A stretch of DNA of 64,000 nucleotides, taken from the IMG/VR virus record IMGVR_UViG_3300015607_004160; one strand, given 5' to 3'. The notes under the pieces are model-generated. The model ran no database searches. It saw nothing but the letters and a program-made list of their open reading frames with translations, and was not told the origin of the DNA. Positions 19,908 through 30,503 of the stretch are shown piece by piece. Both the position numbers and the translations under genes were made by a program. This DNA is from a virus (Duplodnaviria; Caudoviricetes). Within the stretch, counting starts at the first letter, position 1. The number at the start of each line of letters is the position of its first letter.

Positions 19908-20603
19908 TTAATATTCTAATTTTAAAGTTTTCCCTTCATGAATTATCTCAACACCACTAAAAACACTTCTCTCATACTTATCATCATCATTCCTCTTTCT
20001 ATGTTTTAAGTTCTTAATATCTTTATATAATTGACTATCATTAGTAATTGTATCTTTAAGATACAAATATATTGTTTCTTTTCTACCATAATATCCTGAT
20101 GATCCATGCACATGATTAAAACTTGAATATTCCACATTATATTTATCTTTTAATACTGTTTTTATTATATTAGGATCTATACTTACACTACCATGATTTG
20201 ATGTAAGTGCATCTAATAATGAAAAGTTATTATCAATAAAAAAAACCTTTATATGAATTTCATTATCCCATATCTGAATTCCCCATTTATATCCAAGGTG
20301 ATCGATTCTTTTAAGCGGGGTTTTTAGTCTATTTAAAATATCCTTTTGTTCATCATATCCCTTAACTAAATTTTCAAAATCTGCAAATCCATTTGCATTT
20401 TGCACACACTCATCTTTATAAATAGTTATTCTAATATATTTCTGATCGCTGCTTAGATTACCGACCGTGCGGATTTCACAAGTAGGGTATTCTTCTCCAT
20501 CCTCAAGTTTTTGCCTTTCGTCTAGGAATTCTGTAAATATATCCTCAATCTCTTCAAACTGTTCAGTCGAATCAGACTCAAATATTTTTTTTAAATATTT
20601 CAT
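19908..20603 (-). CDS. Hypothetical protein with N-terminal tag
   Basis: MKYLKKIFES..EIEDIFTEFLD. Confidence 0.75.
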   Translation of the reverse strand: MKYLKKIFESDSTEQFEEIEDIFTEFLDERQKLEDGEEYPTCEIRTVGNLSSDQKYIRITIYKDECVQNANGFADFENLVKGYDEQKDILNRLKTPLKRIDHLGYKWGIQIWDNEIHIKVFFIDNNFSLLDALTSNHGSVSIDPNIIKTVLKDKYNVEYSSFNHVHGSSGYYGRKETIYLYLKDTITNDSQLYKDIKNLKHRKRNDDDKYERSVFSGVEIIHEGKTLKLEY

Positions 20604-21394
20604 ATTACTCTACTTCTTTTTATATGTCTGTTTGTGTAACTACAAAGAGGTTGGGTATTTGTATATTTCACTAACTCAAGTAATTCTTCCGTTGTACTAG
20701 CAGTTGACAATGGAATAATATGATCTATATCCCACCCATAATTTAAATCTCCATTATATTTCCCATAGTTTTCCCAATTCATCCATGGTTCAAATTTTGA
20801 TTCTAAATATTTTCTATATTCACTAAAAGAACAACCTAATATATCTACTGATGATTTGTTATTTTTATTTTTTAAAGATAATCTTATATAGTTTCTAACA
20901 TTCCCACTTAATCTAAAAATGATATCTCTTTCTCTTCTTTTTTTCTGATTTATTTTTGAAAAATTCTTTTGATAGTCCTTTCTTGATTGTTTACTATTTG
21001 AAATTTTTTGATACTCTTTTACCTTGTCTTTATTTAATTCCTTCCACTTTATATCATATTCAGTATAGTATTTTTGATTTTCAATTCTAAAATTCTTTTC
21101 TTTTTGTTTCACATAATCTTTTTTCCTATATTCTTTTCTCCATTCATTAAAACAATATTTGCACATATGATATAATCCATCAGCATTTTCTTTTTGTTTT
21201 TTAAAATAGGTGATGTCCTTTTCAATATTACAAATACTACAAATTTTACTTTTAATCAAAACTTCATGTATAGTGTTATTTCTTCTTTTATTTATGCATT
21301 CTCTACATCTTGAATTAAATCCATCTTTTTCTCTTTTGTCCTTATTAAAATAAGTTAAACTTTTACTCAAGTTACATCCTTTACATAATTTCAT
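20600..21394 (-). CDS. HNH-type homing endonuclease
   Basis: Two N-terminal CxxC..F..DG..CxxC repeats; WMNWENYG..WDIDHIIPL..YTNTQPLC...N. Confidence 0.8.
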   Translation of the reverse strand: MKLCKGCNLSKSLTYFNKDKREKDGFNSRCRECINKRRNNTIHEVLIKSKICSICNIEKDITYFKKQKENADGLYHMCKYCFNEWRKEYRKKDYVKQKEKNFRIENQKYYTEYDIKWKELNKDKVKEYQKISNSKQSRKDYQKNFSKINQKKRRERDIIFRLSGNVRNYIRLSLKNKNNKSSVDILGCSFSEYRKYLESKFEPWMNWENYGKYNGDLNYGWDIDHIIPLSTASTTEELLELVKYTNTQPLCSYTNRHIKRSRVI

Positions 21395-21396
21395 AA

Positions 21397-22029
21397 TTAT
21401 ATTATACTTAATTTAAATTTATTATCATTTATGAATTTTTCAAACTCATCCTTTCTAAAGTATTTTTTAAATTTATCACTCGATTTTTCAGCATTTTGTA
21501 ATATCCATTCATTACTATTACTAGATACAAATATATACTTCTCTCCATTATCATCTACTTCAATTGTTTTTGATGATAGTTTATCATAGAATTTCTTGAT
21601 GTCATCATTTACCTTATATAACTTACTATTTTCCCATTTATTTAATGTTTCATTCCAACTTTGAATTAATAAGTAATTTGGATTTTCTAATTCATTACTT
21701 TCAATATTGTAAATTAGCATAAATCGGCAAGGCTTATTTACAAAAGTTTCAAAATCATCTGATGATTGAACTCCAGATTTTTTAAGGCCAATACTTGAGA
21801 GTGAGTTAATAAATTCTATATTATCAGAAAGATATTCCAGATCTAATTTATCAATATAATCATCCTTTGGTAACTTGAAAGTATCAAATATATCTACTTC
21901 TTGTGCCCCAACAGATCCCAATAAGGCATCATACCATATACTTAGAGATTCATTAATATCAATATTAACAATGGATAGATCAAACTTTAATGACTCGGAA
22001 AATTTTTTATATCCCTTAATATATTTCAT
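21397..22029 (-). CDS. Hypothetical protein with N-terminal tag
   Basis: MKYIKGYKKFSES; late motif at 22035-22043. Confidence 0.75.
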   Translation of the reverse strand: MKYIKGYKKFSESLKFDLSIVNIDINESLSIWYDALLGSVGAQEVDIFDTFKLPKDDYIDKLDLEYLSDNIEFINSLSSIGLKKSGVQSSDDFETFVNKPCRFMLIYNIESNELENPNYLLIQSWNETLNKWENSKLYKVNDDIKKFYDKLSSKTIEVDDNGEKYIFVSSNSNEWILQNAEKSSDKFKKYFRKDEFEKFINDNKFKLSII

Positions 22030-22173
22030 AAGGATATATATTAAAATATTATATGACTTTATCTAGCTCTTCTAATTTAGACAAATCTAAATAAAAAATA
22101 TATAGTAATATATTCCAAGTGCTATTAGAAGACTTTGCCAACTCATTTTTTCATCTAAATATAAATATGGATA

Positions 22174-22464
22174 TTAATCTTTAATATGTTGATAAATGCC
22201 GTCCTCTCTTATTGTCCATTTCCGTTGTTTAAGTATTTCCATCTTATCATTAGATGATTTAGCCATATCCTCATAGGTAAATCCAGCTTTATAGGCAGCT
22301 GCATATAAGGCCAATAAACAATCTACATATTCCATAATATCAGATGATTCTTCTATAGCCTCATCTGCTTCTTCTTTTAATTTTCTAAGATGTTCGATTG
22401 GTCCTGCTTGTGGGAAAACCTTTAATGATAGGTCTCCAAGTGATTCATAAATATCTTTATTCAT
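22174..22464 (-). CDS. dATP/dGTP pyrophosphohydrolase (DUF550, MazG-like)
   Basis: GPIEHLRKLKEEADE..DIMEYVDC..KM....RKW..DG..H. Confidence 0.75.
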   Translation of the reverse strand: MNKDIYESLGDLSLKVFPQAGPIEHLRKLKEEADEAIEESSDIMEYVDCLLALYAAAYKAGFTYEDMAKSSNDKMEILKQRKWTIREDGIYQHIKD

Positions 22465-22798
22465 TTGTTATCTCGTCTATTTTATTATCCCTAATTGTTA
22501 TCCTATAAAACTCTTCCACTTTATCCATTGTTTCTTTTATACCTAGAACGTTTTTAATTATAAAATTGTAATCCGCAGTAATATTCATCGCCCTATTTCC
22601 ATTAGTCATTTTGACATAATCATCAACAAAATACTTTTTAGCTTCTTCGATATTTACTTTCTTATTTAAGAGATTAAAAAATCTATTAAAAGATTCTATA
22701 TAATCACTTGATAATATTAAGTACACCTCTTTTTCAAATAATTTAAAACTATAAGCACTAATACTAATATTAACCTCTGGAATTTCATTGTTTAACAT
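22457..22798 (-). CDS. Hypothetical protein with C-terminal RDNKIDEI tag
   Basis: Start reassigned to MLNNE, downstream of AAAAC-N17-ATATAA. Confidence 0.7.
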   Translation of the reverse strand: MLNNEIPEVNISISAYSFKLFEKEVYLILSSDYIESFNRFFNLLNKKVNIEEAKKYFVDDYVKMTNGNRAMNITADYNFIIKNVLGIKETMDKVEEFYRITIRDNKIDEITNE

Positions 22799-22803
22799 AT
22801 GAC

Positions 22804-22858
22804 TTATATACATGACTTATAATAGAGTTTTAAACATTGATGATTATTATAGATATAA
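22804..22858. promoter_or_regulatory. Back-to-back middle-class promoters
   Basis: GTTTTAAAC core (22827-22835) supplies the AAAC element on both strands, each followed by N17-ATATAA. Confidence 0.55.
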
Positions 22859-22865
22859 TACATGT

Positions 22866-23390
22866 ATGAAAACAGAAAAAATTGTAATTGTAGGTAAATC
22901 CGGATCAGGAAAAGATCATTTACTGAGAGGATTGATTAAAAAAGAACTCAAATATCAACCCAAGATAACAACCCGTCCCAAAAGAAAATTAGAAAAACAA
23001 GGTATAGAATATAGCTTCTTAAGTAATCAAAATTTTAACAAAATGTTAGAATCTAATGAAATTAAGGTTTATCAGCACTTCGTTATAGACAATAGTGATT
23101 GGTATTATTCTATTAGTAATCAAAACTTTGAAAATAATCAATTATTTATAATGACTCCTCATGAAATATCTACCTTAAACAAGGAAGATAGGAAAAAATG
23201 TTTCGTGGTTTATTTGGACATAGATGAATCTATAAGAAGAGCTCGAATCACAAAAAGGAATGATGATAATGACTCTATTAATCGAAGAATGGAAGCTGAT
23301 GAAGCAGACTTTAAATATTTTGTTGATTATGATTTAAAAATCACAGATCCAGACTTTGAAACTGATATGGTTTATGATCTTATGAACTAA
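22866..23390 (+). CDS. gmk: Guanylate kinase
   Basis: GKSGSGKD, TTRPKR..E..G.EYSF, WYY, RRMEADEADF; start reassigned to MKTEK. Confidence 0.8.
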   Translation: MKTEKIVIVGKSGSGKDHLLRGLIKKELKYQPKITTRPKRKLEKQGIEYSFLSNQNFNKMLESNEIKVYQHFVIDNSDWYYSISNQNFENNQLFIMTPHEISTLNKEDRKKCFVVYLDIDESIRRARITKRNDDNDSINRRMEADEADFKYFVDYDLKITDPDFETDMVYDLMN

Positions 23391-23694
23391 CTTTCCTTAA
23401 CATTGCTTTAAAGATAGTACTCATTCGTTTGCTCTCTATTGGATCGCACTGTAAAAATATCCTATGTGAGTAATCGCCTTCTTTTTGTTTTTCAAAACAC
23501 AAATCATATATTGGTATGCATTTATCAGAAAGAGGTTGTTTGGTTCTAGTGCAGTCCGAGTTAAGGAAATATCTTTCTATTTCAATAGAAAAGCCAGCAT
23601 CTATCATCTCTAGTGCAATATCGCTGATATCCTCATCAGAAATAGGATGGTATGAACTATAATCAGCTGATTCATTAAATCTTTTAATACGCAT
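23380..23694 (-). CDS. Hypothetical protein with N-terminal tag
   Basis: MRIKRFNES..DISDIALEMIDAGF. Confidence 0.7.
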   Translation of the reverse strand: MRIKRFNESADYSSYHPISDEDISDIALEMIDAGFSIEIERYFLNSDCTRTKQPLSDKCIPIYDLCFEKQKEGDYSHRIFLQCDPIESKRMSTIFKAMLRKVSS

Positions 23695-24416
23695 TATGGT
23701 TCTTTATATGTTTTGCCCCCATCATGAAATATTAACCCTTTCAACTGTCCATTAATAGAATTACAAACTTCTTCACTGTGTTGTATTGTATTTTCTAATA
23801 TAGAAAGCATAATATTTAAAATAGAATAGACTTTTAGTAGATTATTTTCTGATTTATAAAATTGACTACTACAAATACCTTCTATTAAATCTATGGTTAA
23901 AGAGATAGTATCATTATTTTTAGATTTCATCTTTTCAATGATTATTTCTGGTATACCAGCATCCTTCATTTCCCTTTCATATTCATATACAATATTATTA
24001 GTTAAAGAAAGAAAATTTTTCCATAACTCAGAATCATCCATAGTTTCAAATTTCTTAGAAGTAATAAAATCCATAAGACTTTCCTTATGTTTCTTTAAAT
24101 ATATAGATAGGTATTTTCGAAATACGACAGTTCTATAATCAGTTGAAAAGTGAAATGTTGGAATTCTAGAATACATCCAAAAATCCACATAGTTAAATAT
24201 GTCATGATTTTCTATATCAGATGGAGTAACATCCACATTTAATCCCTTTCCCTTTTTTTTCATAAAGTATTCAATATATTTTTCAGAAACTTTAGTAGCC
24301 ATTTTATTGAAAAAGGAAGATTTCAATAAATAATATAAAATTGATATTAAAAATACTACTATTCCACTTTTAATTCCATACTTTTCTAATAAAGAAATTA
24401 TATCACCAACTCCCAT
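23694..24416 (-). CDS. Membrane-anchored hypothetical protein (possibly lysis-related)
   Basis: Single N-terminal TM helix; late-like motif upstream. Confidence 0.7.
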   Translation of the reverse strand: MGVGDIISLLEKYGIKSGIVVFLISILYYLLKSSFFNKMATKVSEKYIEYFMKKKGKGLNVDVTPSDIENHDIFNYVDFWMYSRIPTFHFSTDYRTVVFRKYLSIYLKKHKESLMDFITSKKFETMDDSELWKNFLSLTNNIVYEYEREMKDAGIPEIIIEKMKSKNNDTISLTIDLIEGICSSQFYKSENNLLKVYSILNIMLSILENTIQHSEEVCNSINGQLKGLIFHDGGKTYKEP

Positions 24417-24524
24417 AATACGAATTATTTTTTACATAGTATATATAAATGAAAAAATATACTTTTTTAATGCGAGATATGAATTTTAATATATATAAAC
24501 AACATAATAAAAAATTAATAACAG

Positions 24525-26243
24525 ATGAAATTTGTAGAAATTTCTTTCAGTAAAATAAAAGCTGAGATCGAATCATTTTTAAGACAAGAGCATTCCAAAG
24601 CAGACTTATTATATTCATCCAGTTCACCCTATGGACAAATATTATCGGTAATTGAGAATCTTTTTCAATTGTCCTTTTTATATCTAAAAAACTCAATAAA
24701 ACAATTTGATATAACAGACCCAACATCTGTCAACGAAAGAGTTATTAAAAATGCCGCAATTTATGTAGGTCATATCCCAACAAGACCTATAAGTGCAACA
24801 GGGACAATTAAAATATCTATACGAACAAATGCTGATGTTGAAAAAGATGTTCCGGGTGGTAGAATAACCTTTTCAAATAGACAATTACTTAAAAATAAAA
24901 CTAACGGATTAGACTATTCAATAAACCTAGGATCAGATAAACAAACATATAAAATAACCACTTCATCACTAATGTTTTTACCTATAATACAAGGTAAGTG
25001 GGAAAGAAAAACATTCACAGGAGATGGGACGGAAAATCAAACTCTTCAAGTTACAATTAGGTCTAAACAACAAGGTGTAGAAAATTTTAATTATGAGGTG
25101 CTTGTAGATGGAGAATTTATAACTATTAAAAAACATATTTATGATATGCTTCCTGATGAAAAAGCTTGTGTAGTTAGAACCGGATTTAATGGTGGTATAG
25201 ATATAATATTTGGAAATAGTGGATTTGGATTTATTCCTAAAATTGCATCATTGATAGAAGTTAATTACATTGTTAGTGATGGTGGAGTTGGTTCTATTTT
25301 CAGAAGAACTCCTAATGACTGGACATTTGTTGATCCAGCTATTGATGGATATGGTGAAACTATTGACATTCCAAAAATATTTGATGTTCAAATCTATACA
25401 GATATTAACTTTGGCGCTGATGCCGAAAATGTGCAGTTTACAAAAAATATACTACCTATTGCAAGTAATAATTTTGTGCTAGGTCTTCCACAACAATATG
25501 CCTATCATATAAAAAGACTAGGAGTATTCTCACACGTAAATGCCTATGAAGATAATGGTGTAATATATATTGTAGCAACGCCTAATATTAAATTATTCAA
25601 AAATCAAAACTCTAATTACTTCACAATTGATATCAGAGCTTTTGATTTAGACTCATATGAAATAAGTAAAGTAGACAAATACCTTAAAACAGGCGGAAAC
25701 TTAATGCTAACTCAAAAATATCAAATATCATCTCCATCACTTGCTTATTATGTTATCAATGTATTCATAATGACTTGGTCTGATGCTATTGATGAGAATG
25801 TTAACTCTCAAATAGTTGACACTATTTCTGAATACTTTTTAGATTTAAACAAGATAGATAGAATTCCAAAAAGTGAAATAATAAGTAAATTAAGCACTAT
25901 ACAAGATATACATTCTGTTGATATATCTTTTGTTTGTAGAGAGAATGAAGATTATCATAGGCAAGCAATGTTAGATGACCAGAATAGGAGAAATCAATTC
26001 GCGGCTCAAGATTCTTTAAATTTAGATAGACCTTCTTCTACATATGATTCTAAAAAGATGATCGGTATAGATTCTACTTTAGGTGATATAGTGTTTAACC
26101 CAAGTGATATTCCTATTATTAGAGGTGGTTGGTATGATAGAAATAACATTTACTACTCTGATGATATTGAAAGCAGTGGATTAAAGTCAGTTAATATAAT
26201 TAAGAAGGGTACAGTAGATATTAAAAATAAAAGTCAAGTCTAA
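24525..26243 (+). CDS. Baseplate wedge subunit, T4 gp6-like
   Basis: SFSKIKAEI..FL, A...GHIPTRPISA, IIFGNSGFGFIP..IEVNYIVSDG..G, FGADAE motifs; late motif at 24487-24495. Confidence 0.8.
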   Translation: MKFVEISFSKIKAEIESFLRQEHSKADLLYSSSSPYGQILSVIENLFQLSFLYLKNSIKQFDITDPTSVNERVIKNAAIYVGHIPTRPISATGTIKISIRTNADVEKDVPGGRITFSNRQLLKNKTNGLDYSINLGSDKQTYKITTSSLMFLPIIQGKWERKTFTGDGTENQTLQVTIRSKQQGVENFNYEVLVDGEFITIKKHIYDMLPDEKACVVRTGFNGGIDIIFGNSGFGFIPKIASLIEVNYIVSDGGVGSIFRRTPNDWTFVDPAIDGYGETIDIPKIFDVQIYTDINFGADAENVQFTKNILPIASNNFVLGLPQQYAYHIKRLGVFSHVNAYEDNGVIYIVATPNIKLFKNQNSNYFTIDIRAFDLDSYEISKVDKYLKTGGNLMLTQKYQISSPSLAYYVINVFIMTWSDAIDENVNSQIVDTISEYFLDLNKIDRIPKSEIISKLSTIQDIHSVDISFVCRENEDYHRQAMLDDQNRRNQFAAQDSLNLDRPSSTYDSKKMIGIDSTLGDIVFNPSDIPIIRGGWYDRNNIYYSDDIESSGLKSVNIIKKGTVDIKNKSQV

Positions 26244-26998
26244 TGCTTAATTGGAGTTCATTTAATGAGTCGAAATCCGTAGTAATATACAAAAAAAAGC
26301 CGGATTACCCCTCTAGCAATCATGAGCTAAATCTTGAGTTACTGCAAGATTACTTTCTAAGTATAGAAGACTTGGGGTATAAGTTACTTTTCGAATTAGC
26401 AGTTTATCAAAACAATGAGTGGATGAGTATAAGTTATTGTAATAATGAAACAGTGAATGGAGTTGGATTTTATGTTCATGTTGAAGATATTCTTAACGAT
26501 TCAAAATGGGAAATGCCAGACCTAGAAAGCTTTTCAAAACTAATATCAGAAATAACTGGTATATGTAAAAGAATAACAATAAATTATAAATGTGAATTAT
26601 CGGCAAGTATTGATGACTGGTCCATAAACATTTTTTTTATAAAGTCAGGGACATTATATGATGCCTGTTATATTAGTTATAAGTTTCTAATGGATTACGC
26701 CTCAGAAATATTCAGTACTATTAACTTTCTATTAAACTCAAAAGAATTAGATGAATCAGACATATACTTTATAAAAAAAATCGACTTTATCGAAAGAAAC
26801 AAAAATTATTTTATTGAACTTATCATAAAGGATGAATATATAAAAAATTCAATCTCTGCAAATACTTTTAAATCAATGTTTGAAGAAAATATGGATGATA
26901 TATATGATACACATTATAAATTCGATTCAATTAGCAAAGAGGGAAACAAATATATAATAAAGAACTTCATCTCATCCGATATAAAATTTCAATATTAA
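26243..26998 (+). CDS. Hypothetical protein with N-terminal tag
   Basis: MLNWSSFNES..LQDYFLSIEDLGY. Confidence 0.75.
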   Translation: MLNWSSFNESKSVVIYKKKPDYPSSNHELNLELLQDYFLSIEDLGYKLLFELAVYQNNEWMSISYCNNETVNGVGFYVHVEDILNDSKWEMPDLESFSKLISEITGICKRITINYKCELSASIDDWSINIFFIKSGTLYDACYISYKFLMDYASEIFSTINFLLNSKELDESDIYFIKKIDFIERNKNYFIELIIKDEYIKNSISANTFKSMFEENMDDIYDTHYKFDSISKEGNKYIIKNFISSDIKFQY

Positions 26999-27000
26999 AT

Positions 27001-27255
27001 ATGTTATACGAAGAAAGACAATTACCTGAATTATATTATATGAAACATCGTCATGATAATGATACTGACTATGTTGATTATGAAAAAAATGTATTAGATA
27101 AATCCTTATCTCCCTATTTATTTAATAATGATTTAATGAATTCTTTTCTTAAAAAATTAAGAAAACTAGTTTCAATTTTATTTGATCAACATAATGTAAT
27201 TAAGAATTTTAAAAATTATATGGTAGATAAATATTATTTTAAAAACAAAAGCTAA
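27001..27255 (+). CDS. Hypothetical protein (possibly baseplate-associated)
   Basis: 84-aa ORF in the gp6-like operon. Confidence 0.65.
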   Translation: MLYEERQLPELYYMKHRHDNDTDYVDYEKNVLDKSLSPYLFNNDLMNSFLKKLRKLVSILFDQHNVIKNFKNYMVDKYYFKNKS

Positions 27256-27274
27256 TATATATTATAAAAGTTAT

Positions 27275-28924
27275 ATGATATTAACCAAAGAGCTCGAAAT
27301 AAAAGTACAAGCCCCAACACTTAAATACTATAGAACACTGAAATATGATGTTTCAATAGGTGACATAATTATAGTACCCATAAAAAACATAAGGAAATCA
27401 TCAAATTTAAAAATAATGGTTTCTTGTGATGAGTGTGGAATATCCAAAGAGTGTATATATAAAGCATATAATAAACAAATATCTAAATCAATAGATAATA
27501 AATATCGTTGTATCAAATGCTCAATTCCTCATAAAATGATGATTAAATATGGTGTAGATCATTATTCAAAAACGGAAAAATTTAAACAGAAATATAAGAA
27601 TACTTGTTTAGAAAAATATGGTGGACATTATAATAAGCTAGATGAATTTAAGGAAAAAATATTTAGCACAAATTTAGAAAGATATGGGAGTGAATATGTT
27701 ATGCAAAATAGTGAAGTAAAAGATAAGCAGCAGCAAAAAATGATTGATTTATATGGATATACCTGCCCATTAAAAAACCCAAAAATCATTGAAAAGTCTA
27801 ATAATACAATGATGATGAAATATGGGTCAACCTATAGCATGCAAATTAGTGAAATTAAAGATAAAATCATAAAAAATTCATCAGATACTAAAATAAAAAA
27901 AATATTATTAAACTCAAGTATTATTGATGTTGACTATATAAAAAATCTATATAAAGTAAATTGTGAAAGATGTAATAGTATTTATGAAATATCACCACAT
28001 ATGTATTCTATGAGGAAGAAATACAATACCACTATGTGTACCAATTGTAATAAAATAGGAAAATCTGGACATCAAACCTTACTATATGACTTCATTAGGG
28101 AAAATTATGATAAAAATATCATATTAAATACTCGTAGTGTTATAGGTCCTTTAGAATTAGATGTCTATCTACCAGATATAAATATAGCTTTTGAATTTAA
28201 TGGTCTATATTGGCATTCTGAAATATATGTTGATAAGGATTATCATAAATTAAAATCAGATATGTGTAGAAAAATTGGAATACAACTAATACACATATGG
28301 GAAGATGATTGGATATATAAAAGAAATATAGTTAAGTCAATGATTTTAAATAAAATAGGAAAAACAAAAAATCGAATATATGCTAGGAAATGTGAGATTA
28401 AGGAAATAGATGATGTTAAATTAGTAAAAAATTTCCTAGAAGAAAATCACCTTCAAGGATTTATCGGATCAAATATAAAAATTGGACTATTTTATGATAA
28501 GGATTTGGTTAGTTTGATGACCTTTGGAGGACTCAGAAAATCACTTGGACAAACAGGTAAAGAAGGATATTATGAGATGTTGAGGTTGTGTACTGTTCTA
28601 AATACAAATATTATTGGAGGTCCTTCTAAACTATTTAAATATTTCCTGAATAATTATAACCCCAAAGAAATTATTAGTTATGCTGATATATCACATTCTA
28701 TTGGCGGTGTTTATAGAAAAATTGGATTTAATTTTCTATCATATACTTCACCAAACTACTATTATATAGTAGATGGGGTTAGACAACATAGATATAAGTT
28801 TAGAAAGGATAGATTAGTAGAGGATGGTGAAAATATAGATAAATCAGAAAGCGAAATAATGGCTAATCGCGGAATATTTAGAATATATAACTCTGGTAAT
28901 ATTAAATTTACATATAAAAACTAA
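27275..28924 (+). CDS. Hef-like homing endonuclease
   Basis: CDEC Zn ribbon, KYG repeats, ELDVYLP..AFEFNGLYWH nuclease, IYARKCEIK C-terminal domain; own late motif at 27253-27261. Confidence 0.75.
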   Translation: MILTKELEIKVQAPTLKYYRTLKYDVSIGDIIIVPIKNIRKSSNLKIMVSCDECGISKECIYKAYNKQISKSIDNKYRCIKCSIPHKMMIKYGVDHYSKTEKFKQKYKNTCLEKYGGHYNKLDEFKEKIFSTNLERYGSEYVMQNSEVKDKQQQKMIDLYGYTCPLKNPKIIEKSNNTMMMKYGSTYSMQISEIKDKIIKNSSDTKIKKILLNSSIIDVDYIKNLYKVNCERCNSIYEISPHMYSMRKKYNTTMCTNCNKIGKSGHQTLLYDFIRENYDKNIILNTRSVIGPLELDVYLPDINIAFEFNGLYWHSEIYVDKDYHKLKSDMCRKIGIQLIHIWEDDWIYKRNIVKSMILNKIGKTKNRIYARKCEIKEIDDVKLVKNFLEENHLQGFIGSNIKIGLFYDKDLVSLMTFGGLRKSLGQTGKEGYYEMLRLCTVLNTNIIGGPSKLFKYFLNNYNPKEIISYADISHSIGGVYRKIGFNFLSYTSPNYYYIVDGVRQHRYKFRKDRLVEDGENIDKSESEIMANRGIFRIYNSGNIKFTYKN

Positions 28925-28975
28925 AAACCATTATATTTTTTTAATATATAATTTAAATAAAATCAATAAGAACAT

Positions 28976-29632
28976 ATGATTAAGAAGAATGGAGAGACAG
29001 GGAAGGATGTTAAAAGTTCCTTTAAGAGGTTTTCAGATATAAATAAGGGTACAAAGGTTTCTGCAACAGAAGATGACCCTTCTTTAGAAGTTATTCCTGA
29101 AGAGGAAAAGGATTTACCTGCTAATCCAAATCTTCCTGTTGAATCAACAAAGAGGCAGAAAAATAGTTCTACTAGAAGTTTCAAACCACTTGCTGATAAA
29201 CAAAACTACGACAAAGAAGAATCTAATGATTCTATAGATGAAGTTAGTGAAGATCATAAAGTTAAATTATATGGTAAAGTTGCTAAACTTCCTAAAGGAA
29301 CAAAGGCATCTAAAGGATTTAATTTCTTAGAAAATGTTAAAATATCAAAAAATTCCATTTGGTATATCATGGTTGAAAGAGATAATGAATTACAGATGGT
29401 TAAGTATAATTATAAAAAAGGTGTTGATCTTAATAAATTCATAAATGAGTTAAAATCATATTACATATCTAAAAATAAAGGGAACAAAATAATTTGTGAG
29501 CATATATCAAAAATTGCAATTGATGGTAATGATAAGTACTCCATGATTCGAAATATACCTCTTCTTGAACTTGATGGTAAAAAACTAATAACTAAAATTA
29601 CAGAAGATCTAATAAAGCTTCTAAGTAAATAA
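28976..29632 (+). CDS. Hypothetical protein (late)
   Basis: 218-aa ORF; late motif at 28942-28950. Confidence 0.75.
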   Translation: MIKKNGETGKDVKSSFKRFSDINKGTKVSATEDDPSLEVIPEEEKDLPANPNLPVESTKRQKNSSTRSFKPLADKQNYDKEESNDSIDEVSEDHKVKLYGKVAKLPKGTKASKGFNFLENVKISKNSIWYIMVERDNELQMVKYNYKKGVDLNKFINELKSYYISKNKGNKIICEHISKIAIDGNDKYSMIRNIPLLELDGKKLITKITEDLIKLLSK

Positions 29633-29681
29633 TGTCAAAAAAAGTATGTATAGACCACCGGTTCAATAAATTTTTACCTTG

Positions 29682-29708
29682 AAAAAACACACCTTTGGTG
29701 TGTTTTTT
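29682..29708. terminator. Bidirectional intrinsic terminator
   Basis: AAAAAACACACC-ttt-GGTGTGTTTTTT between convergent genes. Confidence 0.85.
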
Positions 29709-29955
29709 ATAGTAAACTATCAATTTTCTTATCTCTCTCAAGTGAACTCAGATATAATTTATATTCATCTTCATAATAAATCTTATTAGCAAGTTCCATA
29801 ACTGATTCAAACGCATCTTGTGGATGCGTCATTCCACCAAATTTACCGGATTTAATATCCTCACATTTAATTGAAGTAAGTATAGCAAGAGCAGCTAATA
29901 ACATCTTGCCTTCATCAGTTTCTTGGCTAAATTTTGCAAATTCTATATTTATCAT
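29707..29955 (-). CDS. Hypothetical protein with C-terminal RDKKIDSLL tag
   Basis: 82-aa ORF. Confidence 0.7.
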   Translation of the reverse strand: MINIEFAKFSQETDEGKMLLAALAILTSIKCEDIKSGKFGGMTHPQDAFESVMELANKIYYEDEYKLYLSSLERDKKIDSLL

Positions 29956-30503
29956 AAACTTTCTAATACATATTTAACCCTATCTTCTAACTTAATATCT
30001 GATAAGTCGGTATATTCTATATTTTCAATATCTAAATATGAACGAATACATCTGTCTAATTTTATAATTTGATCTTTATCTTGAAATCTAATCCCGTCTT
30101 CTGTATTATCTAATATTGGATTAACATAATAAATACTACTCCAATAGTTAATTGTTTTAAGTATTTCCTTTTGCATATGATTTATGGTGGCTATCTCTTT
30201 ATTAGTTAACTTACTTGAAAATAAAGATCTAAAATAGAAATAATTTAATAATGAACTAGAATCACAAATAACATAATCTTTAGTACCAAGATACATTCTT
30301 TCACGGTTTAATTGCTTATAGAATATGATCATTTGATCTAATGGTGAGTCCGGAACCCCATATTCAGCTATGAAGTCAGTTGCTGCCTCTGTAACAAATA
30401 TAGAGTTCTTACCAGTCCTTTTCAGTTCTGAATGGATCTGAGAAGCCAAGGTGGACTTTCCAGAACTTGGAGCACCCATTATAGATATCAACCTAGATTT
30501 CAT
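29952..30503 (-). CDS. P-loop kinase, NadR/Ttd14 (AAA_28)-like
   Basis: GAPSSGKST, VTEAA, VICDSSSL, DGIRFQ. Confidence 0.75.
   Translation of the reverse strand: MKSRLISIMGAPSSGKSTLASQIHSELKRTGKNSIFVTEAATDFIAEYGVPDSPLDQMIIFYKQLNRERMYLGTKDYVICDSSSLLNYFYFRSLFSSKLTNKEIATINHMQKEILKTINYWSSIYYVNPILDNTEDGIRFQDKDQIIKLDRCIRSYLDIENIEYTDLSDIKLEDRVKYVLESL

Noticed and set aside
22048-22170. Short open frames between 22029 and 22174
   Set aside because: No convincing start; possibly a gene remnant but not supportable.
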